Origin: Candidatus Deferrimicrobiaceae bacterium
Lineage (GTDB): Bacteria > Desulfobacterota > Deferrimicrobia > Deferrimicrobiales > Deferrimicrobiaceae
Assembly: GCA_049577645.1 (NCBI GenBank)
Contig: JBAUKK010000238.1
Span: 1 to 43,756, forward strand
Length of the DNA stretch: 43,756 nucleotides
Direction: 5' to 3'
The position numbers were made by a program, and so were the translations under genes. The notes under the pieces are model-generated. The model did not search any database. It was given only the letters and a program-made list of their open reading frames with translations, and was not told where the DNA came from. Every line of letters begins with the position of its first letter. Position 1 is the first letter of the stretch. Of this stretch, positions 33,320 to 43,756 are shown piece by piece.

Positions 33320-34642
33320 TTACAGGTTGTTTTCGATCCGGATCATGCGCGTCCTGTCGAGGACAACGGGGAGCCGGTCGGTCTCCTCGAGGGCGGCCCG
33401 CATATCCTTTTCCTTCGCATGGTGGGTGACGATGAAGATCGCCACGGCGCTCTCTTCCCTCCGCCCCTTCTGGATGACGGAGGAGATGCTGATCTGGTGA
33501 CTCCCCAGGACCCCGGCGATCTTGGATAAAACGCCGGGCTTGTCGACCACCTGGAAGCGAAGATAGTACTCGGAGTCCACGTCGGTAAAAGGGAACACCG
33601 GGGTTCCCTTGCCGGGAAGCTGGTTGTGGAAGCCGCTCGGCGGGATCCGGCCGGTGATCCCCTTCCCGAGGTTGCGCGCGATCTCGATGATGTCGCTCAC
33701 CACCGCCGATGCCGTCGGGAGCTTTCCGGCACCCTGCCCGTAGTACAGCGAAGATCCGACGAAGTCCCCCTTCACGTAGATCGCGTTATATGCGCCTCCG
33801 ACCGTGGCGAGCAGGTGTTCGGATGGGATCATCGTCGGGTGGACGTGCACCTCCATGCCGATCCCCCGCTGTTTCGCGATGGCAAGCAGCTTGATCGTGT
33901 ACCCGAACTCGCGCGCGAACGCGATGTCCTGCGCGGAGACGTCGCGGATCCCCTCGACGTAGATATTCTCGAGGGGAACGCTCCCCCCGGTGGCCAGCCA
34001 AACGAGAATGGACAGCTTGTGGGCGGAGTCGATCCCGTCCACGTCGAAGGACGGATCGGCCTCCGCGAGACCGATCGACTGGGCCTCCCCCAGAACGTCC
34101 GAGAACTCCTTTCCCTCGTCGGTCATCCGGCTGAGGATATAGTTGCACGTCCCGTTGACGATCCCGTAGATCTCGTTGATCCGGTTGGCGGCAAGACCTT
34201 CCCGCATGGCCCGGATGATGGGGATCCCTCCTCCGACGCTGGCCTCGAATCCGATGTCGACTCCGGCGGAGTTTACCGCCCGGCTGATCTCCTCCCCGTG
34301 CTCGGCCAGAAGCGCCTTGTTGGCGGTCACGACGGATTTCCCCCGCCGGATCGCCTCGAGAAGGAACTCCCGGGCGGCGCCCGTTCCCCCCACCAGCTCG
34401 ACCACGATGTGGACGGCCGGGTCCTGAACCACCTCCGCGCCCTCGGTGGTCAGAAGACCGTCGGGAAGCGATACCCCGCGGTCCCGTTCGATGTCGACGT
34501 CGGCCACCCGCACCAGCCGGATCGGTACCCCCACCCGCCGCCGAAGAAGATCGGCGTTTTCCAGGAGAAGCCGGGCCGTCCCGGAGCCGACGGTCCCGAA
34601 GCCTATGATCCCCACTCCGATTTCCCGGATCGCATGCGTCAT
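33320..34642 (-). CDS. hom: homoserine dehydrogenase with C-terminal ACT domain
   Basis: Motifs: [43 protein letters not shown] and an ACT-like tail. The ATG overlaps the upstream stop (ATGA). Confidence 0.92.
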   Translation of the reverse strand: MTHAIREIGVGIIGFGTVGSGTARLLLENADLLRRRVGVPIRLVRVADVDIERDRGVSLPDGLLTTEGAEVVQDPAVHIVVELVGGTGAAREFLLEAIRRGKSVVTANKALLAEHGEEISRAVNSAGVDIGFEASVGGGIPIIRAMREGLAANRINEIYGIVNGTCNYILSRMTDEGKEFSDVLGEAQSIGLAEADPSFDVDGIDSAHKLSILVWLATGGSVPLENIYVEGIRDVSAQDIAFAREFGYTIKLLAIAKQRGIGMEVHVHPTMIPSEHLLATVGGAYNAIYVKGDFVGSSLYYGQGAGKLPTASAVVSDIIEIARNLGKGITGRIPPSGFHNQLPGKGTPVFPFTDVDSEYYLRFQVVDKPGVLSKIAGVLGSHQISISSVIQKGRREESAVAIFIVTHHAKEKDMRAALEETDRLPVVLDRTRMIRIENNL

Positions 34643-35835
34643 TTGGCCTTCAACTTGACGGGCGCCTGCAGGACGGCCTTCGCACCCCGGATCGCCTGCC
34701 GGATCCGGTGCTCGTTCTCCACCAGGGCGAACCGCACGAAACCCTCTCCGTGCTCCCCGAACCCGACGCCGGGAGAAACCGCCACTTTCCCACGGGTCAG
34801 CAGCATCTTGGAGAACTCGATCGATCCCTGCGCCCGGAAAAGCTCGGGGAGAGGGGCCCAGACGAACATCGTCCCCTGAGGCTTCGGGAAATTCCATCCG
34901 ATCCGGGAGAAGCCGTCCACGAGGCAGTCTCTCCGCTTCCGGTAGATTTCCACCGCTTCCTCCACCACCCGGTACGGGCCGTTCAGGGCCACGGTGGCGG
35001 CAATCTGGATGGCCTGGAACATCCCGTAGTCGAGATAGCTCTTGATGCGTCCCAGGGCACCTACCATCCGCTTGTTCCCCACGACGAATCCGACGCGCCA
35101 CCCGGGCATCGAGTATCCCTTGGACATGGAGTACAGCTCCACCGCCAGGTCTTTCGCCCCGGGGACCTGGAGGATGGAAGGGGCCTTGTACCCGTCGAAT
35201 ACGAGATCGGCGTACGCAAGGTCGTGGATGACGAGGAGTTCGTTCTCCTTTGCGAATTCCACGATCCGCCGGAAGAATTCGAGGTCGACCACTTCCGTCG
35301 TCGGGTTATGCGGAAAGGAGAGGATCAGGACCTTCGGTTTCGGCCAGATGGTCTTCATCGCCCGTCGGGTCCGGTCCAGGAAGTCCCCTTCTCCGCTCGT
35401 GAGTGAAATCGACCGCACGTCCGCATTCGCGATAACCACGGAGTAGGAGTGGATCGGATAGGTGGGATTCGGGACCAGGGCGATGTCCCCGGGCCCCATG
35501 ATGGCCAGGACAAGGTGCGAAAGCCCCTCCTTGGCGCCGATGGTGGCGATCGCTTCCGTATCCGGATCCAGCTCCACGTTGAACTTCCGCTTGTAATAGT
35601 TGCAGATAGCGAGTCGCAACTTCGGAATCCCGCGGGATGCCGAATAACGGTGGTTCCGCGGGTTCCGGGAGGCCTCGATCAGCTTGTCGACGATATGTTT
35701 CGGCGTCGGGAGGTCCGGATTTCCCATCCCGAGGTCGATGATGTCCTCCCCGTCCCTGCGCATTTTCGCCTTCAGATCGGTCACAACGGCCAGAACGTAG
35801 GGGGGAAGCCGCTTGATCCGTGGGAATTCCTCCAT
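34639..35835 (-). CDS. alaC: class I/II PLP-dependent aminotransferase, AlaC-like
   Basis: Motifs: [34 protein letters not shown] and [15 protein letters not shown] (PLP-binding Lys). Confidence 0.75.
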   Translation of the reverse strand: MEEFPRIKRLPPYVLAVVTDLKAKMRRDGEDIIDLGMGNPDLPTPKHIVDKLIEASRNPRNHRYSASRGIPKLRLAICNYYKRKFNVELDPDTEAIATIGAKEGLSHLVLAIMGPGDIALVPNPTYPIHSYSVVIANADVRSISLTSGEGDFLDRTRRAMKTIWPKPKVLILSFPHNPTTEVVDLEFFRRIVEFAKENELLVIHDLAYADLVFDGYKAPSILQVPGAKDLAVELYSMSKGYSMPGWRVGFVVGNKRMVGALGRIKSYLDYGMFQAIQIAATVALNGPYRVVEEAVEIYRKRRDCLVDGFSRIGWNFPKPQGTMFVWAPLPELFRAQGSIEFSKMLLTRGKVAVSPGVGFGEHGEGFVRFALVENEHRIRQAIRGAKAVLQAPVKLKAK

Positions 35836-35852
35836 GTGCGGTCTCCTGGCGA

Positions 35853-35895
35853 ATTATAAACAAGATATGTTAATGAATCTGGCCGGATAAGTCAA
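35853..35895 (-). promoter_or_regulatory. candidate promoter region for the alaC-hom-thrC run (TTGACT-17-TAACAT, plus a TATAAT 8 nt further downstream)
   Basis: On the - strand, TTGACT lies at 35895-35890, TAACAT at 35872-35867 and TATAAT at 35858-35853. SD AGGAGA sits 7 nt before the ATG. The region is a local AT-rich island. Confidence 0.4.
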
Positions 35896-35940
35896 TTTCC
35901 GCGGTTGGCTGGCCTTGATGATACAGGGGGAGTATTTCGC

Positions 35941-35972
35941 GGAAACCGGTGGCGAATCGCCGCCAGTTTTCC
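35941..35972. other. 32-nt imperfect hairpin (13 bp, AAT loop) in the recG-alaC intergenic region; possible recG terminator or stabiliser
   Basis: In GGAAACCGGTGGCGAATCGCCGCCAGTTTTCC, the outer GGAAA/TTTCC and inner GGTGGCG/CGCCGCC segments pair. T runs are short on both strands. Confidence 0.4.
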
Positions 35973-36093
35973 GAGGACACCCCCCTCGCACGGCCTTGGG
36001 AAAAGAGACGTTCGCACCCACCCCCGGTCGAGGTTGTAGGAGTTGGCGTAGGCGTCGTCTTAGGTAATTATTGTGCGATTCCCGTTTGGGGCG

Positions 36094-38184
36094 TCATCCC
36101 GAGGTGTGAAGGGAAATGGCGGATTCCTTGCTTTCCATCCATCGTTTGAGCCCCGCGTGCTCGGGGAGGGACAGGTCCGGGTCCCGATCGAGGAGCATAC
36201 CGGCGATCTCCCGGGACCGGGCGAGGATCCGCGCGTCCCGGACGATGTCGGAGAAAACGAGGTCGGGAACCCCCGATTGCCGCACGCCGGCGAAATCCCC
36301 GGGGCCGCGAATCTTCAGGTCCTCCTCGGCGATCCGGAAACCGTCGTTCGTCCTTTCCATCACGGAAAGGCGCGCGGTCGCGTCCTCCCCCTGCCCTTCC
36401 CCGACCATCAGGAAGCAGACGGAAGGGCGGCTCCCCCTCCCCACGCGCCCACGGAGCTGGTGGAGCTGCGAGAGTCCGAACCGGTCCGCGTGCTCCACCA
36501 TCATCACGGTGGCCTCCGGGACGTCCACGCCCACTTCCACGACGGTCGTGGAGACCAGGATCCGGTCCTCCCCCTTCTGGAACCGGCGCATCACGGTTTC
36601 CTTCTCGTCGGCCTTCATTCGTCCGTGCAGAAGGCCGACCCCTGTTCCCGGGTGGGTCTTCCGGACGCGTTCGTACGTCGCCTTTGCGTCGCGCAGCGTC
36701 AGTTTTTCCGACTCCTCCACGAGGGGAAGGACAATATAGGCACGTCCTCCCTCCTCCAGGTCCTTTCGCACCCTCTCCCAGGTCTCCCTCCTCTTTCCCT
36801 CCGTCACCACCTTTGTCTTCACCGGGGTCCTGCCGGGGGGCAGCTCGTCGATGACGGAAACGTTCATGTCTCCATACAGCGTCATCGCCAGCGTCCGGGG
36901 GATCGGGGTGGCGGTCATCACGAGGAGGTGGGGCGACATCCTTCCCTTCCCCCGGAGGGCCGCCCGCTGCAGGACGCCGAACCGGTGCTGCTCGTCGATT
37001 ATCCCAAGCGCCATCTCACGGAACTCGACCCCCTCCTGGATAATGGCGTGGGTCCCGATCACCACGTCCGCCTTCCCTTCCCGGATCTCCTCCCGCGCCC
37101 TTTCCCTCTCCTTCCCCGAAAGCGCGGACGTCAGCAGGACGATCCGGACGGGGAGGCCCCGGCAGAGGGCGGTAAAACGGCGAAAATGCTGTTCCGCGAG
37201 GATTTCGGTGGGGGCCATGAGGGCCGTCTGGGCCCCCTTCCTCCAGGCGACCATCGCGGCGACCCAGGCAACGATCGTCTTCCCGCTCCCCACGTCTCCC
37301 TGCAGAAGTCGGTGCATCGGATGGGGAAGGGACATGTCCCTGAGAATTTCGTTCAGGACCCGCCTCTGGGCCTCCGTCAGCCGGAAAGGCAACCGTTTCT
37401 TGATCTCCGTCACGATCTCCCTGTCCCACGGCAAGGGCTCCGCCGCCTCCTTCCTCACCCCGGACCGGCGCATCGCCAGGGTCCACTGGATGAAAAACAG
37501 CTCCCCGAAGATCAAACGCTGCTGGGGGGGGGAGGAAAAGGAAAGAAGCGCTTCCGCGTCCTTTTCCGGAGGGGGAAAGTGCAGCGTCTGGAGCGACTCG
37601 TTCACCGGAGGAACCCCGGCGGCTTCGAGTATCCACCGGGGAAGGAATTCCGTCTCCGCTGCAGCGTATTTCCGGACGACCTCCCACTGGATCTTTCGGA
37701 GCGTCCGCGGCGGAATCCCCTCGATGGCAGGGTATACCGGTACGATCCGTCCCATGTTCACCGGATCTTCCTCGTCTCCGTCCGCGAGAATCTCGGGGTG
37801 GTGCATCTCCTTTTGGAACTGGAAGAGACGAACCGGTCCGCACAGGGCGATACTCCCACCTACCTGAAACCGTTCCCTAAGCGAAGGCCGGGCGTGGAAC
37901 CATTTGGCGGAAAGGCGGCCGGTTCCGTCGGATATTACCACTTCGAGGAAGCGACTGCCCCCCCATCCTTTCCCGCCGCCGCGCACGGACAGAATCTGCC
38001 CCTTCACGGGTACGGTCATGCCGGGCCGTACCGACCGCAAGGGGACGATTCGTCTCCTGTCCTCGTACGCTTTAGGGAAGAAGAAGAGAGCGTCATGCGG
38101 CGTCCGGATGCCGCGGGCGGCAAGTTTTTCGGCAAGCCGGGGCCCCACTCCCTTGACGTACTGGATGGGGGGGGTATCCGGCAC
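36094..38184 (-). CDS. recG: ATP-dependent DNA helicase RecG
   Basis: Motifs: VKGVGPRLAEKL, a wedge domain, Walker A LQGDVGSGKT, DEQH box IIDEQHRFGV and LHGRMK. GTG start at 38184. Confidence 0.92.
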   Translation of the reverse strand: MPDTPPIQYVKGVGPRLAEKLAARGIRTPHDALFFFPKAYEDRRRIVPLRSVRPGMTVPVKGQILSVRGGGKGWGGSRFLEVVISDGTGRLSAKWFHARPSLRERFQVGGSIALCGPVRLFQFQKEMHHPEILADGDEEDPVNMGRIVPVYPAIEGIPPRTLRKIQWEVVRKYAAAETEFLPRWILEAAGVPPVNESLQTLHFPPPEKDAEALLSFSSPPQQRLIFGELFFIQWTLAMRRSGVRKEAAEPLPWDREIVTEIKKRLPFRLTEAQRRVLNEILRDMSLPHPMHRLLQGDVGSGKTIVAWVAAMVAWRKGAQTALMAPTEILAEQHFRRFTALCRGLPVRIVLLTSALSGKERERAREEIREGKADVVIGTHAIIQEGVEFREMALGIIDEQHRFGVLQRAALRGKGRMSPHLLVMTATPIPRTLAMTLYGDMNVSVIDELPPGRTPVKTKVVTEGKRRETWERVRKDLEEGGRAYIVLPLVEESEKLTLRDAKATYERVRKTHPGTGVGLLHGRMKADEKETVMRRFQKGEDRILVSTTVVEVGVDVPEATVMMVEHADRFGLSQLHQLRGRVGRGSRPSVCFLMVGEGQGEDATARLSVMERTNDGFRIAEEDLKIRGPGDFAGVRQSGVPDLVFSDIVRDARILARSREIAGMLLDRDPDLSLPEHAGLKRWMESKESAISLHTSG

Positions 38185-38187
38185 CCG

Positions 38188-41493
<3,306 letters not shown>

Positions 41494-41496
41494 CGG

Positions 41497-42645
41497 TTAC
41501 CGTTCCCCTTCCCCGATGAGATACCGGTAAAAACGGGTGAACAGGTAGCGGGAGTCGTGGGGGCCGGGGGAGGCCTCCGGGTGGTACTGCACCGAGAAAC
41601 ATCGCAGCGACGGCACGCTGATTCCCTCCACCGTTCTGTCGTTCAGGTTGAGATGGGTAATCCGGGCCCGGTCCCCGAGGGACGCGGCGTCCACCGAAAA
41701 ATTGTGGTTCTGGCTCGTGATCTCGACTTTGCCGGTCGAGAGATCCATCACCGGCTGGTTGCACCCGTGGTGCCCGAATTTCAGCTTGAACGTCTTTCCG
41801 CCGAGGGCAAGCCCCATGATCTGATGCCCGAGGCAGATCCCGAATATCGGCACCTTTCCCAGGAGTTCCCGTACGGCCTGGACGGCATAAGGGACGCCTT
41901 CGGGATCTCCGGGGCCGTTGGAGAGGAAAACGCCGTCGGGTTGCCGTCCCAGGATCGCCGCGGCGGTGGTCTCCGAAGGAACCTGCGTCACCTCCATGCC
42001 GTGGGACACGAGCATCCTCAGGATATTCAGCTTGATCCCGTAATCGATCGCCACCACCTTCGGTGGTCTTCCGAATCGGGATCGATACGCGGAGGCGGGG
42101 AGGTATCCTTTCCCGAGGTCCCAATCCCCCGTCTCCCAGCGGGCTTCGCGGTTCGACGTAACCTCCCGGACGAGGTCGCGACCGATGATCGGCGGGAGGT
42201 CAAGCGCCTTTTTCACGAGCCGCTTTTCATCGAGATCGAGGGAGGAGAGCACGCCCATCTGCGAGCCCCCGTCGCGCAGACGTCTCGTCAGGGCGCGGGT
42301 ATCGACGCCCGAAATCCCGCAGATGTGATAGCGGCGGAGGTATCCGCCGAGGGTCTCCACATGGCGCCAGTTCGAGGGAAGGCGCCACGCCTCACGCACG
42401 ATGAAGCCTTCCACCCAGGGGCGGGAAGACTCCACGTCGTCCATGTTGATCCCGGTGTTCCCGATTTCGGGGTAGGTCATCGTAACCATCTGTCCCTTGT
42501 ACGAAGGATCCGTGAGCACCTCCTGGTACCCGGTCATTGCGGTGTTGAATACGACCTCCCCCCCGCTTTCGCCGATGTGTCCGAACGCGGCGCCGCGGTA
42601 CACGGTACCGTCCGCAAGGGCGAGTATCGCATTCCGCTCAGGCAT
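41497..42645 (-). CDS. carA: carbamoyl-phosphate synthase small (glutaminase) subunit
   Basis: Motifs: [28 protein letters not shown] and a GATase triad region [13 protein letters not shown] at 42645 behind AAGGGG. Confidence 0.92.
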   Translation of the reverse strand: MPERNAILALADGTVYRGAAFGHIGESGGEVVFNTAMTGYQEVLTDPSYKGQMVTMTYPEIGNTGINMDDVESSRPWVEGFIVREAWRLPSNWRHVETLGGYLRRYHICGISGVDTRALTRRLRDGGSQMGVLSSLDLDEKRLVKKALDLPPIIGRDLVREVTSNREARWETGDWDLGKGYLPASAYRSRFGRPPKVVAIDYGIKLNILRMLVSHGMEVTQVPSETTAAAILGRQPDGVFLSNGPGDPEGVPYAVQAVRELLGKVPIFGICLGHQIMGLALGGKTFKLKFGHHGCNQPVMDLSTGKVEITSQNHNFSVDAASLGDRARITHLNLNDRTVEGISVPSLRCFSVQYHPEASPGPHDSRYLFTRFYRYLIGEGER

Positions 42646-43756
42646 CCGGGGGAACCCCTTTACCAAGGGAGTGCGTGAGGCGCCCGCGGCAGAGGACCGC
42701 AACCGCCCGCCCCCTCATCTTCCAGCCGAAGAACGGGCTGTTGCGCGATTTCGACCGGACGTCCGACTCCCGGAACTCCCACTCCGCCTCCGGGTCGACG
42801 ATCGTAACGTCGCCGTCGGCGCCTTTGCGCAGGGTTCCTTTCCCTTTGAGTCCGAGAATGCGGGCGGGGACTGCGCTCAGGAGCTCCACGAGCCGCGCCG
42901 GTGTGACCTTTCCTCCCGCGAGGAGCGCCATCGACAGGGGAAGGGCGGTCTCGAGTCCGATGATCCCGTTGGATGCGGCGACGAATTCGCACCGCTTCGT
43001 GTACTCGTCGTGCGGTGCGTGGTCGCTCGCGATGGCGTCGATCGTCCCGTCCACGATACCCTCGAGGATCGCCATCCTGTCCTCCTCCCCCCGCAGGGGA
43101 GGGTTCATCTTCGCATGCGTGTTGTATCCCTCGATCGCGGCGTCGGTCAGCGTGAAGTAGTGCGGAGCGGTTTCCCCCGTTACGCGAAGCCCCGCCCGTT
43201 TCGCCATGCGAAGGAGGTCGACCCCCATCTTCGTGCTGATATGCTGGATGTGCATGCGCCCTCCCGTAAGACGCGCCAGCAGAATATCCCGTGCGATGGC
43301 GATCTCCTCGGCCGCCGAAGGGATGCCCGGGATCCCGAGGCGGTGGGCGGTCCACCCCTCGTTCGCGGCTCCTCCCTCGGACAGTTCGTGGTCTTCCGCG
43401 TGTTCCATGATCAGGAAGTCGAACGCTTTGGCGTATTCGAGCGCTCGCCTCAGGACCAGCGCGCTCCGGACCGGACTCCCGTCGTCGGAGAAGGCGATCG
43501 CTCCGGCTTCGAAGAGTTCCGAGAAGTCGGTCATCTCCTTGCCGTTCTGCCCGCGCGTAACGGCGGCCACGGGGAATACGTTCGCCGTCCCCAGGGAAGC
43601 GGCCTTCTCCCGGATGTACCGTGTCACTTCCGGGTGGTCGTTCACCGGGCTGGTGTTCGCCATGCAGACCCCGGAGGTAAATCCCCCCGAGGCGGCCGCC
43701 GCCGTTCCCGACTGGATGTCCTCCTTCCATTCGAAACCAGGGTCGCGCAGGTGGAC
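42638..43756 (-). CDS. pyrC: dihydroorotase (5' end outside window)
   Basis: The frame is open to the window edge and reads [17 protein letters not shown]. Also NPPLR and ASDHAPH. The 3' end overlaps the carA start by 8 nt. Confidence 0.88.
   Translation of the reverse strand, partial: VHLRDPGFEWKEDIQSGTAAAASGGFTSGVCMANTSPVNDHPEVTRYIREKAASLGTANVFPVAAVTRGQNGKEMTDFSELFEAGAIAFSDDGSPVRSALVLRRALEYAKAFDFLIMEHAEDHELSEGGAANEGWTAHRLGIPGIPSAAEEIAIARDILLARLTGGRMHIQHISTKMGVDLLRMAKRAGLRVTGETAPHYFTLTDAAIEGYNTHAKMNPPLRGEEDRMAILEGIVDGTIDAIASDHAPHDEYTKRCEFVAASNGIIGLETALPLSMALLAGGKVTPARLVELLSAVPARILGLKGKGTLRKGADGDVTIVDPEAEWEFRESDVRSKSRNSPFFGWKMRGRAVAVLCRGRLTHSLGKGVPPDA

Noticed and set aside
31553-33529. A 658-aa + strand ORF antisense to the ApgM-like gene, thrC and hom
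   Set aside because: Antisense-register artefact. The product is Arg/Gly/Pro/Asp-rich and has no motifs.
35949-36149. A 66-aa + strand ORF in the recG-alaC intergenic region
   Set aside because: Its GTG start lies inside the hairpin, there is no SD, the composition is odd (VGVGVGVV) and it runs into the recG 3' end. It is more likely non-coding.

Overview
This is a visibly GC-rich bacterial chromosomal segment (exact GC not computed) that is almost entirely coding. I call 40 CDS. Two lie on the + strand at the left edge (a dgt fragment and a SAM methyltransferase). The other 38 are consecutive co-directional genes on the - strand (1290-43756). Many junctions are 4-nt ATGA overlaps, and many starts are GTG/TTG, which the ORF track prints as M. 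In transcription order (right to left) the content is: (1) pyrC(partial)-carA-carB-recG, followed by a 258-nt intergenic region. (2) A 13-gene run with no gap over 21 nt: alaC-like aminotransferase, hom, thrC, an ApgM-like protein (putative alternative homoserine kinase), a thioesterase, glpX, a four-subunit 2-oxoacid:ferredoxin oxidoreductase, an XRE/cupin regulator, an orphan HgdB/BcrC-family protein and a secreted TPR protein. (3) A MerR-headed 15-gene acyl-CoA cluster: thiolase, hbd, crotonase, three acyl-CoA dehydrogenases, a corrinoid adenosyltransferase, a two-subunit B12 mutase with the isobutyryl-CoA-mutase residue signature, an SCP-x-type thiolase with DUF35, MeaB and a two-subunit CoA-transferase. 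(4) miaB and a BFN nuclease. (5) A signalling pair: a pseudo-receiver/GAF/dead-GGDEF protein with an intact I-site, and a REC-PATAN protein with a P-loop-less GTPase-like tail. (6) A TPR membrane protein and a GH57 glycosidase. I saw no rRNA/tRNA genes, CRISPR arrays, transposases, integrases or phage genes, and nothing resembling a classical defence or mobile system. The best novelty candidates are (a) the mutase-centred acyl-CoA super-operon, (b) the degenerate c-di-GMP/PATAN signalling pair and (c) the orphan HgdB-like protein translationally coupled to a secreted TPR protein behind the oxidoreductase. All functional calls come from motif-level reading of the translations, not database searches, and the long + strand ORFs are judged to be codon-bias artefacts.
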